This document shows, one piece after another, positions 1-9,430 of a stretch of DNA of 61,855 bases (the first letter of the stretch is position 1; the number at the start of each line of letters is the position of its first letter). The notes under the pieces are model-generated. The model was not told the origin of the DNA and did not search any database. It saw nothing but the letters and a program-made list of their open reading frames with translations. Location: positions 1 to 61,855 of the forward strand of contig CAISZK010000230.1 in NCBI GenBank assembly GCA_903889915.1, in the 5' to 3' direction. A program made the translations under genes and the position numbers. Origin of the DNA: an uncultured Bacteroidota bacterium (GTDB lineage Bacteria; Bacteroidota; Bacteroidia; Bacteroidales; CG2-30-32-10).

Positions 1-993
1 GACCTTTGAAAGGAATGATGGATTGGGCGTGTATTGCCAAGTTCTTATGGCTGTCCAGTTCAAAGTGTCGAGCTGATAGATTACAGCCCTGCTTTGATGC
101 GTGGTGGTAAAAGCATTGTCGAAAATTGAGATCTTTCCGCCAGGCATGCAGCGTACATCGTGCTGTCCGCTAAAGCCCGTGTCGTTGGGGAAGATGAACG
201 AACTTGATTTACCACCCAGCCGCCAGATCACATTTCCTGTTGAATGATTGATCTTATAAACCGCGTTCAGGTGACGAAACGACACCAGCAGGTTGCCGTC
301 AGTATCCTCATCAATAGAGTTGCCATGGCAATAATCAAACGATGAAGCTGAATAGCCATACTGGTCATATTCCTCTGTTGGGAAAATATGGTCGAGGCTG
401 TTCCACTGAAAAACCAGGTTGTGGGCAGTATCGAATTCCATGACCACGTAAGCGATCACGTTGGTTGTGGTGCTTCCCTGCACACCGCCGAAAGTGTAAG
501 CGCTCAGGTCCATCGTACTATCCCTGTTTTCAAAATAAACTACATGACCATTCTTCAAAATATGAAATTCATGAACGTTGATAGGAACACTGTTGTAAGA
601 TGGAATGGTGCTCACCACCTGGAATGTTGAATCCATAAGCACAATATGATTGTTCACATTGTTGGGGCTATGCTGGTAGTAGTAACTAAACTCGCTGGTG
701 TCGGGCTGGTATTGAAAGTTCCAGTAACCGAAAGTAGGGTTCAGCGAAAACCACAGTACATAGCCGTCTTTGTCGAGGATGATGCCCCTGGGCCTGATAA
801 ATCCGGGATAGGAAGGACTCAGAAATTGGTTGTAAGGCGCCGACATATAGTAACCATGAAAAGCAGTGTCGTACTGAATAAATTCATAAGGATACAGTAT
901 CCCTGCCGGCACCGGCCTGTTGAATGTCTGACCGAATAATGACCATGAAAGCTGCCAGAACAAAAGCAATATGATAATCCGGCCTGATTTCAT
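1..993 (-). CDS. Arylsulfotransferase (ASST)-family secreted protein, N-terminal 331 codons; the C-terminus lies beyond the window edge
   Basis: Hand translation of the minus strand: ATG at 993-991, open to position 1. It is absent from the ORF track because no stop lies in the window. It starts MKSGRIIILLLFWQLSWSLFGQ (signal-like) and contains FDYCHGNSIDEDTDGNLLVSFRHLNAVYKINHSTGNVIWRLGG, which I recognise as the ASST/Arylsulfotran_2 core. The plus-strand ORFs 388-630 and 646-939 are antisense shadows. Confidence 0.6.
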   Translation of the reverse strand, partial: MKSGRIIILLLFWQLSWSLFGQTFNRPVPAGILYPYEFIQYDTAFHGYYMSAPYNQFLSPSYPGFIRPRGIILDKDGYVLWFSLNPTFGYWNFQYQPDTSEFSYYYQHSPNNVNNHIVLMDSTFQVVSTIPSYNSVPINVHEFHILKNGHVVYFENRDSTMDLSAYTFGGVQGSTTTNVIAYVVMEFDTAHNLVFQWNSLDHIFPTEEYDQYGYSASSFDYCHGNSIDEDTDGNLLVSFRHLNAVYKINHSTGNVIWRLGGKSSSFIFPNDTGFSGQHDVRCMPGGKISIFDNAFTTTHQSRAVIYQLDTLNWTAIRTWQYTPNPSFLSKV

Positions 994-1203
994 TGAAATT
1001 ATTTGTTGTTGAGGTTATGCAAAAATAAATAAAATCCTCTAGTGTCTTAAAACAAATTTACCACCATAGACACAATAGATATATAGGCCTTCACAAGGGA
1101 AACATTACGAACATTTTTGATTTTTCAATGAATGGTCTATGTGAAACCTATGTTCCTATGGTCCTATGTGGTAAAAAAATAAAACCATTAATTTCAAAAT
1201 GCA

Positions 1204-1211
1204 TAAATTTG
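1204..1211 (+). promoter_or_regulatory. Bacteroidota-type -7 box TAnnTTTG (TAAATTTG), about 27 bp upstream of ATG 1238
   Basis: Exact match to the TAnnTTTG consensus. It lies inside the 5' extension of ORF 1199, which argues for 1238 as the real start. Confidence 0.35.
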
Positions 1212-1237
1212 CGCCTTCAATTATAAAACCAACACAC

Positions 1238-3412
1238 ATGAAACACATCACCATTTGCACCCTCTTCGCAATAACATTTTTCTTCAGGATACCCGCGTTC
1301 AGCCAGAATATTCACCACGATATTAATGCCGGTATTGATATAGATCAGAAATCCCTCACCATCACCGACAGCGTGAAACTTCCCGGAGTCTATCTGAGAG
1401 GCATCAGGGACACCATAAAGTTTTATCTCAATTCAAATTTTTCAATCAAATCGTTGGATCCGACTATCAGGGTAGTGATGCTGAAAGAAACCATGAAAGA
1501 TACTGCCGACAAAGTTAAAGTAACAAAATACATGGTGCTTTATCCTTCCACGAATGCAGGCAAAGGATTTATACTTCCCCTGCAATACAGCGGAAAAGTG
1601 GAATACGGGATCAAGACCGATGCCATTGACTATGCCCGCGGATTCAGCGAAACTCCGGGCATCATTTCGAAAGAGGGTATTTACCTTGCTGCAACCACCG
1701 TGTGGCTGCCTGTTTTCAATGATTCGCTTTTCACTTTTAACCTTACAACCAGGATTGACACAGGCTGGGGCGTGGTTTCGCAGGGCACAAGAACGCGCGA
1801 TGAAACCGTTGGAAACAAAAAGATCATTACCTATAAAGAACCCGACCCCACTGCAGAATCATACCTGGTAGCCGCTAAATGGACTGAATATAACAAACAG
1901 GCAGGGAAAACCCTGGTGCAGGCTGAATTGCGCACACCAGACTCAACACTGGCAAACAAATACCTGCGTGCAACAGTGGGCTATCTCAAGATGTATGATA
2001 AACTCATCGGCCCTTATCCCTACACTAAATTTACGCTTGTTGAAAACTTCTGGGAAACGGGTTATGGAATGCCTTCATTCACCTTGCTTGGCGAACAGAT
2101 CATACGGTTCCCTTTTATTCTTACATCATCTTACCCGCATGAGTTGCTTCACAATTATTGGGGCAACAGTGTATATGTGGACAATGTCAAAGGAAACTGG
2201 TGCGAAGGCACTACGGTTTACATGGCCGATCATTTGCTGAAAGAACAGGACGGACAGGGCGCCGAATACAGAAGAGGAACCTTGCAGAAATTCACCGATT
2301 TTGTAAATGAAACCAATGATTTTCCATTGACCAAATTCCGCACAAGGAACAATTCAGCCGAAGAAGCTATTGGTTATGGAAAGTGCATGATGATGTTTGA
2401 AATGCTGCGCATCCAATATGGTGATGATCTTTTCAGGAAGTCATTTACAAAATTCTATAACGACAATAAGTTCAAACTTGCCTCCTTCGATGAGATCCGC
2501 AAGTCATTTGAAGCAGTGACAGGAAAAAACCTTGTTCCTTTCTTTGACCAGTGGATCACCCGCACAGGCGCACCAACACTGAAACTTTCAAATGTGGAAG
2601 TGGCTGCCAAAGACAATAAATACGGATTGTCGTTCACTGTTTCACAAATCCAGAAAGAAGCTCCTTTCACGATAACTGTCCCTGTAGCCATCTATCTTGA
2701 GGGTGTTGACAGTGTAATTGTAAAAAACATTGAACTCTCTAAACGTGCTGAAACATTTACTTACACTTATGATAAAAGGCCAGTGAGGATTGATGTTGAT
2801 CCGCAGTTTAATGTTTTCCGCCGCCTCGACAGGGATGAAGTGCCTCCATCACTGACACAGATCTTCGGCGATACAGATGCCGTGATGATACTTCCCAAAA
2901 GCAGCCCGTTTATTAAAGAATACCAGGACCTCGCTGATCAGTGGAAACAAACACAGCTTGCACAGGGCGCCAAACTGCAGATTGTTTACGATGCAGATTT
3001 GAAAGAGCTGCCAAATAAGGCAACGTGGATCATAGGATTTGATAATAAGTTTGCTGATTCGGCAAGTGTTTTTAAGAAATATACCGACATACTGCCTAAA
3101 GAAACGATGGACGAAGTGACAACACTGAAAAAGAGCGGCGGGTTGGTGTATGTTTATCAGAATCCCAAAAACAAAATGCTGACCAACGGATTTGTTGGCA
3201 GTAAAAACCAGGCAATGATCAGCGCTTTGAAAAGGAAGATCGTTCACTACGGAAAATACAGCTACCTCGGTTTTGAAGGTGATAAAGGCGATAATAAACT
3301 TAAGGGTGAATTTCCTACACTAAGTTCGCCGCTCAGTTTTATCATAAAATATGATGGGAAAGTAATTCCTTCCAAAGCGAAACTCAAAGTGAGAAAAGCG
3401 CTGGTGGATTAA
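1238..3412 (+). CDS. M1-family zinc metallopeptidase, secreted
   Basis: ORF 1199-3412. It has HELLHNYWG (HExxH) followed by WCEG about 18 residues later. The internal Met gives MKHITICTLFAITFFFRIPAFSQ, a signal peptide, so the start is set at 1238. Confidence 0.8.
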   Translation: MKHITICTLFAITFFFRIPAFSQNIHHDINAGIDIDQKSLTITDSVKLPGVYLRGIRDTIKFYLNSNFSIKSLDPTIRVVMLKETMKDTADKVKVTKYMVLYPSTNAGKGFILPLQYSGKVEYGIKTDAIDYARGFSETPGIISKEGIYLAATTVWLPVFNDSLFTFNLTTRIDTGWGVVSQGTRTRDETVGNKKIITYKEPDPTAESYLVAAKWTEYNKQAGKTLVQAELRTPDSTLANKYLRATVGYLKMYDKLIGPYPYTKFTLVENFWETGYGMPSFTLLGEQIIRFPFILTSSYPHELLHNYWGNSVYVDNVKGNWCEGTTVYMADHLLKEQDGQGAEYRRGTLQKFTDFVNETNDFPLTKFRTRNNSAEEAIGYGKCMMMFEMLRIQYGDDLFRKSFTKFYNDNKFKLASFDEIRKSFEAVTGKNLVPFFDQWITRTGAPTLKLSNVEVAAKDNKYGLSFTVSQIQKEAPFTITVPVAIYLEGVDSVIVKNIELSKRAETFTYTYDKRPVRIDVDPQFNVFRRLDRDEVPPSLTQIFGDTDAVMILPKSSPFIKEYQDLADQWKQTQLAQGAKLQIVYDADLKELPNKATWIIGFDNKFADSASVFKKYTDILPKETMDEVTTLKKSGGLVYVYQNPKNKMLTNGFVGSKNQAMISALKRKIVHYGKYSYLGFEGDKGDNKLKGEFPTLSSPLSFIIKYDGKVIPSKAKLKVRKALVD

Positions 3413-3420
3413 ATAAAAAA

Positions 3421-3451
3421 GGTGAAATGGTTATTCCATTTCACCTTTTTT
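3421..3451. terminator. Bidirectional intrinsic terminator between convergent genes
   Basis: GGTGAAATGG-ttatt-CCATTTCACC is a 10-bp perfect stem, with an A-run (3414-3420) on one side and a T-run (3446-3451) on the other. Confidence 0.65.
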
Positions 3452-3470
3452 CGTGAAATTCCCTTTCAGA

Positions 3471-4640
3471 CTAATTCAATTGTTCCGGTGCATTCTGAAA
3501 ATCTTGTTGATTTTCTGAAAATTTCTGAGACCTCTTTTCGGCTTTAAGTTTTTTACGATGGGCCACATTGCATTCAAGACTGCAATATTGTTTGAGCGGA
3601 AATTCAGTAGTGAAGTTACAGTCACAATAAAGACATTTGTTAACCGTAAATTCATTTTTTGCAACCACATTGCTTTCAATCATTGCCGGACCTGATTCAG
3701 GAATGATAAATTCTATCTGGTCATGACTTTCATCAAACACTCCGCTACGGTTGACTTTATTCTTTTTAACCCGCTTTGACTTACTTAAACGGGCATCATA
3801 AAAAGCTATACGGCAATCATCATTGCAGAATTTTTGATACTTCTCAGTCTTGATAAATGTTTTTTTACAGAAGTTACAGGTCTTTTCTTTGCGAAGATAA
3901 ATTTCTTTTTCTTTTGGTTCTCCGTGATAATAAGTTGTACGGCAATCATCACTGCAAAATTTCTGGGTACCATATTTTGCACTAAACTCTTTGTGACAAT
4001 TGGTACAAAATTCGATTTTAGGTGGCTTTTGATGTATCCTGTTCTCATAAAAAGCGTTTCGACAGTCATTGTCGCAAAATTTCTGATAAAGTACAGTTTT
4101 TAAAAATGGACGTTTGCAATGCCTGCATTTCTTGTAAATTTTATGATTTTTCTTGACTTTTAGATACTCGTCGCGGCATCTGTCATCGCAAAATTTCTGA
4201 TAAATTTCTTTCTGGGGAAAGACCTTATTGCAATTCAGGCAGGTTCTCTGTTCGTTTTCTGCTTGTTCTTTTTCAGTGATTTTTTTGTAGTAGATCTCGT
4301 CATAAAAAGCTGTACGGCAGTCTTCCTTACAGAATTTTTGGTATAGCTCTGATTTTACAAATGTCTTACCGCAATGCCGACACTTTTTTGTGTTATTCTT
4401 TGCCCTTTTCTTTTCATAAAAAGCTGTACGGCAATCATCGCTGCAAAATTTCTGATAAAGCATGGTTTTTTCATAATTTCCATTGCAATTCGGACAAACA
4501 ACTAAATTGTGCTTATGTTCTGGTGGTACAGGGTAAAATTTTAATATACATTCGCTGCTGCAAAATCTTTGACGATCGTCGTAAGTTTTATATGTCCGGT
4601 TGCAGTAACGGCAGGTTTTTACGTATGCTTCTGGTTCCAT
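3471..4640 (-). CDS. Protein of eight tandem Cys4 zinc-ribbon modules (CxxC-x13-C-x3-C, YQKFCxDDCRxAFY core), TRASH/YHS/FCS-like; function unknown
   Basis: ORF 3471-4685 starts at a TTG. The ATG at 4640-4638 (MEPEAYVKTCRYC...) is the more likely start. It has eight repeats such as CPNCNGNYEKTMLYQKFCSDDCRTAFY, joined by Lys/Arg-rich linkers. Confidence 0.75.
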   Translation of the reverse strand: MEPEAYVKTCRYCNRTYKTYDDRQRFCSSECILKFYPVPPEHKHNLVVCPNCNGNYEKTMLYQKFCSDDCRTAFYEKKRAKNNTKKCRHCGKTFVKSELYQKFCKEDCRTAFYDEIYYKKITEKEQAENEQRTCLNCNKVFPQKEIYQKFCDDRCRDEYLKVKKNHKIYKKCRHCKRPFLKTVLYQKFCDNDCRNAFYENRIHQKPPKIEFCTNCHKEFSAKYGTQKFCSDDCRTTYYHGEPKEKEIYLRKEKTCNFCKKTFIKTEKYQKFCNDDCRIAFYDARLSKSKRVKKNKVNRSGVFDESHDQIEFIIPESGPAMIESNVVAKNEFTVNKCLYCDCNFTTEFPLKQYCSLECNVAHRKKLKAEKRSQKFSENQQDFQNAPEQLN

Positions 4641-4967
4641 TTTAAGGGTTTTAAGGGTAATAAATTCAGAGGGCAAAATTAGCAAGTTAAAATTAAAAGT
4701 GATACGAAATCGAAATATTTTTTTTGGAAATAGCCCTATAATATAATAATTGCTATTTTCCCGCGGTTATTTGTTATAAGCGGACATAAACATAAAACCA
4801 GTCATACGAAAATTTAATGTTGGAAGTGTATGATGAATAATGTCCGGATAAAAAACTTGTCGAATAACCCGGAAAATTTCAATGTTATCTGGAACATCTG
4901 ATTTTTACTATGTTTGTTCAGATAAACAGAGAACTCACAGCATGCAGTTTACGGTCACAATTAAATC

Positions 4968-5987
4968 TCAGAGCTCTGATATTCTGCCATGTTTTACAAA
5001 CTTAAATGCATTATCAAGTTCATCAGAAGTGCTGTCGTTATAGTAAACTTTCAACTTTTCAGAACGCAACAATTTAAAAACTTTGGTCGGAGTAGTTTTT
5101 GATTTTACATAAGTAATATGAGCCAGGACAGTGTCCTTTTTATAGACTGTTTTGAAACCAACGATACCTTCATCTGCTGATAGGTGGCTTTCGAGATAAC
5201 CAAGCTGGTCATAAGTTTCATTATTGAATGGAGTGACCGGTATTTCATATACCGAAAGCTCTGAGGGCTTATATTTTTCAAAATCATTGAATTTATCATC
5301 CATCAAAGGTGCCATCACCTCGTAGAACTCCTGAAGGCTGACATAAGATGGTTTTACAACTTCTTCCTGTACCTCGAAATTTAATTTATGTGGTGTTTTG
5401 TGGTTTTCATCGGCATCATTTATTTCTTCTGTTTCAATGAGCGAAATAATATCCGAAGGTTGCAGTGAATCAGGATCAAAATATATTCTTAGCTGTATAG
5501 GTTCTGCAAAGATCGAAGTGAATCCGAATATTGATGAATCGGATGCCAACAACTCAGTCATATAATATTCATCAGTGGAATCATAGTAATTCGCCACCCT
5601 GACCTCCATGACGCCTATCTTTGTTATAGTTGGTTCGTGAAGCATGATTGTCAGTGGTGTGAACAAAGCTTCTTTAATACCAGCTTCAGTGATAATTGCA
5701 GGATCGTAATAGATTTTAACTGTTTTTGAACCTGCAAAGGTTTCAACACCTACCACGCCTTTCACATTCTTCAATTGTTCTGCCAGTGCAGGAGAAGCTT
5801 CAAAATACTTATTATCCTTCAAACCACTTTGCACAAAAACCTTTGCATTTTTCAATTGCTGAGGTGTTCCCCATTTAGTGCTTGATGTAGGTGTTTCGTT
5901 ACAGGATGATAAGAAGAGAATAGTAAAAACAAATAATATTGTAATTGTAAAAATTGCAGGGTGCAAATATTTTATCATATTCCTCAT
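4968..5987 (-). CDS. Lipoprotein with three HMA-like (ferredoxin-fold) repeats that lack the CxxC metal site
   Basis: Lipobox FLSSCNE. There are three segments of the type VKGVVGVETFAGSKTVKIYYDPAIITEAGIKEALF, then IFGFTSIFAEPIQLRIYFDPDSLQPSDIISLIE, then GIVGFKTVYKKDTVLAHITYVKSKTTPTKVFKLL. The fold call is by eye only. Confidence 0.6.
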   Translation of the reverse strand: MRNMIKYLHPAIFTITILFVFTILFLSSCNETPTSSTKWGTPQQLKNAKVFVQSGLKDNKYFEASPALAEQLKNVKGVVGVETFAGSKTVKIYYDPAIITEAGIKEALFTPLTIMLHEPTITKIGVMEVRVANYYDSTDEYYMTELLASDSSIFGFTSIFAEPIQLRIYFDPDSLQPSDIISLIETEEINDADENHKTPHKLNFEVQEEVVKPSYVSLQEFYEVMAPLMDDKFNDFEKYKPSELSVYEIPVTPFNNETYDQLGYLESHLSADEGIVGFKTVYKKDTVLAHITYVKSKTTPTKVFKLLRSEKLKVYYNDSTSDELDNAFKFVKHGRISEL

Positions 5988-6271
5988 AAATTCCTTAACG
6001 GTTAATGTCTTTAAAGTATTGAAGACTTGTCATCACATTTCTAAGTAAAAATGAAAATTGCCTTTAAACCTTGCAAAATCCATTAATATCAACGGTTGTA
6101 AATTCCGGTGTTTATTTTATTTTTCAAAATTAAAACAATTCCCAGATTATCATTGAAATTTTCTTGTAAAAACGATTTTACAGAAGTTGGGTTTAAAATC
6201 GCAGGATTCAAATTAAAGTGGTATGATTACAGCTTGGGATAGGGAACATCTCTCACTTCAATATTTTCCTT

Positions 6272-6279
6272 TACATTTG
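6272..6279 (+). promoter_or_regulatory. -7 box TACATTTG, 20 bp upstream of ATG 6299
   Basis: Exact TAnnTTTG match. Confidence 0.4.
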
Positions 6280-6298
6280 TAGTGCTAAAAAACATTTC

Positions 6299-8311
6299 AT
6301 GAAAACATCTTTGTCTTTTTCACTTTTCAGGGTTACCCTGTCAATATCATTCGCAATTCTCATCAGTTTATCCTATGCACAGAACCAGTCCGAAACAAAA
6401 GGTTCCTGGAACTGCCATCTTGGAAAAATGCATCACAAAAACACGGTTGATGACAAATCAATCAACACCCCGGCACATTCTTTCAATGTCCTTAAGTACA
6501 CTTTCGACATAGACCTATATCATTGTTATGCTTCCCCGTATCCCAACTCTTTTCATGGAAGTGTCATCGTAAGATTTCAGGTGGATACCATGCTCAACAA
6601 AATTAAACTTAATGCTGTCAATTCATCTTTGGTAATAGATTCGGTGCGTTATTCAGGTGTTTCGTTCACCCAGACAAATGACACACTCTTCATCAACCTG
6701 AACAGAACTTACAATGCAGGCGAGGATACTGCCGTTAAAATTTATTATCATCATTTGAATGTTGTTGATGGGGCTTTCTACACCGGCAATGGATTTGCCT
6801 ACACTGACGTGGAACCCGAAAAAGCGCGTTACTGGTTTCCCTGCTGGGACAAGCCTTCCGATAAAGCTTTGACTGATCTGACAGCTAAAGTCCCGGGCAA
6901 TGTTCTTTTTGGTTCAAATGGAAGTCTGGTGGATTCTGTGAAAACCGGAGACACCATTTTTTACCATTGGAAAAGTCGCGATCCAATGGCCACTTACCTG
7001 ATGGTGATGACATCAAAAGTGAATTATGATCTTGATGTCCTTGAATGGCCTTTGCCTTCTAATCCATCAATTAAGATACCTGTGAGATATTATTACAATG
7101 CAGGAGAAGATCCATCCACTTCCAAGAATGTCATACTTGATATGATGACATTTTATTCCACGACTTTTTGTGAATATCCTTTTGAGAAAGCAGGTTTTTG
7201 CAGCCTCGACTCACAGTTTATCTGGGGAGGAATGGAAAATCAGACATTGGTGAGTTTTTGCCGGGGATGCTGGGGCGAATCGCTCACTGCCCACGAGTTC
7301 GCGCACCACTGGTTTGGTGACATGATCACCTGTGGAACCTGGGCAGACATTTTCCTCAACGAGGGCTTTGCAACATACAGTGAAGCGTTGTGGGATGAAC
7401 ACAAATACGGAGCAGCACAATATAAATCAGATATTGATTACGATGCCAATTATTATTTGTCGAACAATACGGGTTGGGCCATCTACAATCCATCGTGGGC
7501 GGTTACAACACCCAATATCAATGACCTTTTTAATTACGCGATCACATATTGCAAAGGCGCAGGTGTGTTGCACATGTTCCGATATACCGTGGGAGATTCA
7601 TTATTCTTTGCTTCGCTCAAGGATTATGCAAGTGATACGGCAAATTTCAAATTGAAAAATGCTGTGATCCCTGATTTCAAAACAAAAATGAACCAAACAT
7701 GCGCACAAAATCTTGACTGGTTTTTTGATGAATGGCTTGACCAACCCAACCATCCTGTGTATGCAAATACTTATAGTTACAGCAATATCGGCGGTGGCTT
7801 CTGGACTGTGAATTTTCTTGCATCACAGGTGCAGACCAATGCCGGATTTTTCCAAATGCCAATTCAGTTAAAGATTAATTTCACTGATGGAACAGATACT
7901 GTTGTTAAGTTCATGAACAACCAGAATAATCAATTGTTCCAGGTGACTTTTAATAAACAACCCAATGGATTGACTTTTGATCCTGACGACAACGTTGTTC
8001 TGAAAGAGGGAACGACTACTGTTGGGATCAGCGAAGTCGGTGAAGCTGCTCCATCAGTGCTCCTTTATCAAAATGTTCCGAATCCGGCAGCAGACAATAC
8101 CATTATCGGGTTTGTGCTTCCTTCCGATTGTTCAGTACGCATCAGTATTTTTGATGTTTTTGGAAAGCTTGTTTCGGTTGAACTTGATAAAAATCTGAAT
8201 GCAGGTAAGCATGAAATTACTTTCAATACTGCCACGTTGTCAAAAGGGATTTATTACTACAGTCTGGAAGCCGGACAACAACGGCTGGTGAAAAAGATGG
8301 TTGTCCTTTAA
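6299..8311 (+). CDS. M1-family aminopeptidase (aminopeptidase N-like) with a T9SS C-terminal sorting domain
   Basis: GGMENQT (GxMEN), HEFAHHWFGD (HExxH) and NEGFATY. The C-terminus reads LYQNVPNPAADNT...ISIFDVFGKLV...GIYYYSLEAGQQRLVKKMVVL, and there is an N-terminal signal peptide. Confidence 0.9.
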   Translation: MKTSLSFSLFRVTLSISFAILISLSYAQNQSETKGSWNCHLGKMHHKNTVDDKSINTPAHSFNVLKYTFDIDLYHCYASPYPNSFHGSVIVRFQVDTMLNKIKLNAVNSSLVIDSVRYSGVSFTQTNDTLFINLNRTYNAGEDTAVKIYYHHLNVVDGAFYTGNGFAYTDVEPEKARYWFPCWDKPSDKALTDLTAKVPGNVLFGSNGSLVDSVKTGDTIFYHWKSRDPMATYLMVMTSKVNYDLDVLEWPLPSNPSIKIPVRYYYNAGEDPSTSKNVILDMMTFYSTTFCEYPFEKAGFCSLDSQFIWGGMENQTLVSFCRGCWGESLTAHEFAHHWFGDMITCGTWADIFLNEGFATYSEALWDEHKYGAAQYKSDIDYDANYYLSNNTGWAIYNPSWAVTTPNINDLFNYAITYCKGAGVLHMFRYTVGDSLFFASLKDYASDTANFKLKNAVIPDFKTKMNQTCAQNLDWFFDEWLDQPNHPVYANTYSYSNIGGGFWTVNFLASQVQTNAGFFQMPIQLKINFTDGTDTVVKFMNNQNNQLFQVTFNKQPNGLTFDPDDNVVLKEGTTTVGISEVGEAAPSVLLYQNVPNPAADNTIIGFVLPSDCSVRISIFDVFGKLVSVELDKNLNAGKHEITFNTATLSKGIYYYSLEAGQQRLVKKMVVL

Positions 8312-8433
8312 TATTGAAATTCAAAATACCAAAATCCAAGAACCAAATTCCAAGGAGTGCATTGAAGTTAAATTATGGTTAATAACTCAAATCGGAGCAA
8401 CTTTGGGACTTGAGACTTGGGTCTTGGTTCTTT

Positions 8434-9114
8434 TTATTTAAGTCTCTTCTGAACGGCCTCGCTTTTCAATTCCTTCAATGCATCTGTTGCAATCCATTTT
8501 GCGTTTTTTGATTCCATTTTCAGCAACTTTTCAGCCTGTTCAATTGCAATTGCATTTATTGTTTTGTTTCGTTTTCCTATTTGCCGCAAAGCCCAGTTGA
8601 TGGCTTTTCGCACCAATTGACGATTGTCGTCAGCATGTTGAAAAATGATTGGAAAGAATGGTAAAAACACTTCATCCCTGGCTTTTTTATCACTCACTGC
8701 AAATCGTGCCATGAGAACAAAACCGGCCCTTTTAACAAACATCTCATCTTTTCCGCTCCACTCAAAAGCTTTTGACCATGCAAGAGGAATATCTTCAAAT
8801 AGGTTCATGATACACTGGTCGCAGAGGTCCCAAGAATTAAAATCTTTCACCCAAGCCTCCATTTGCAGTTCATCAACTTTTGCAGGATCATCAATCATTG
8901 TTGCAATTATTCGAGCTTCATGAAAACCCGATTTCCATAGTTCCAAAGCCAGTTCATGATCTTTTCTGTGGTGTTTTGCTATTTCTCTCAACAATGGAAT
9001 TCCGGTTCCAAATGCTTTTTCCACATTGATCCCATAGCGGGACATTCCCATGCGTGATTCTTCACTCGAATGACTTTTGAGCAGTTTTAATATTTCATCG
9101 GTTTTAGTCATCAT
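8434..9114 (-). CDS. DNA alkylation repair protein (AlkD-like HEAT-repeat family)
   Basis: 226 aa. Segments such as MSRYGINVEKAFGTGIPLLREIAK, WKSGFHEARIIATMI and WDLCDQ match the DNA_alkylation family as I remember it. Confidence 0.7.
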   Translation of the reverse strand: MMTKTDEILKLLKSHSSEESRMGMSRYGINVEKAFGTGIPLLREIAKHHRKDHELALELWKSGFHEARIIATMIDDPAKVDELQMEAWVKDFNSWDLCDQCIMNLFEDIPLAWSKAFEWSGKDEMFVKRAGFVLMARFAVSDKKARDEVFLPFFPIIFQHADDNRQLVRKAINWALRQIGKRNKTINAIAIEQAEKLLKMESKNAKWIATDALKELKSEAVQKRLK

Positions 9115-9391
9115 AACAGTTGATTTTTTATTTTATGGTCAGTTGTGATGTTGAAAGATCAGGTTATAGTAAAATGCTAAATATCCATTGACTTTTCCCC
9201 ATTTTAATTCTGACCAAAATTAAATAAAATACCCGATAATGCAGATGAAAAAAGCAAGTTTATAAGCAAAATAAATGCTGAGGATACTTAATCTCAAAAG
9301 AGAAGGCTTAAATTGTTTTTGCCTGGTTTTATTGGGAAAATGCATTAAAAAATTGAAGTGATAAAATTGGTGTAAGGTAAAAAGTTTTGCT

Positions 9392-9399
9392 TAACTTTG
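9392..9399 (+). promoter_or_regulatory. -7 box TAACTTTG, 32 bp upstream of ATG 9431
   Basis: Exact TAnnTTTG match. Confidence 0.4.
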
Positions 9400-9430
9400 T
9401 TTGTGCTTTAAAAATCAAAAAAAATAAAAA

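Noticed and set aside
388-939. Plus-strand ORFs 388-630 and 646-939
   Set aside because: They are antisense shadows of the longer minus-strand ASST-family frame, which is open across the whole of 1-993 and carries recognisable motifs.
1116-1135. The 13-mer TTTTTCAATGAAT followed by GGTCT, identical to the flank/array junction of element copy B (49611-49623)
   Set aside because: It is too short to separate from chance in AT-rich DNA, and no further homology extends on either side.
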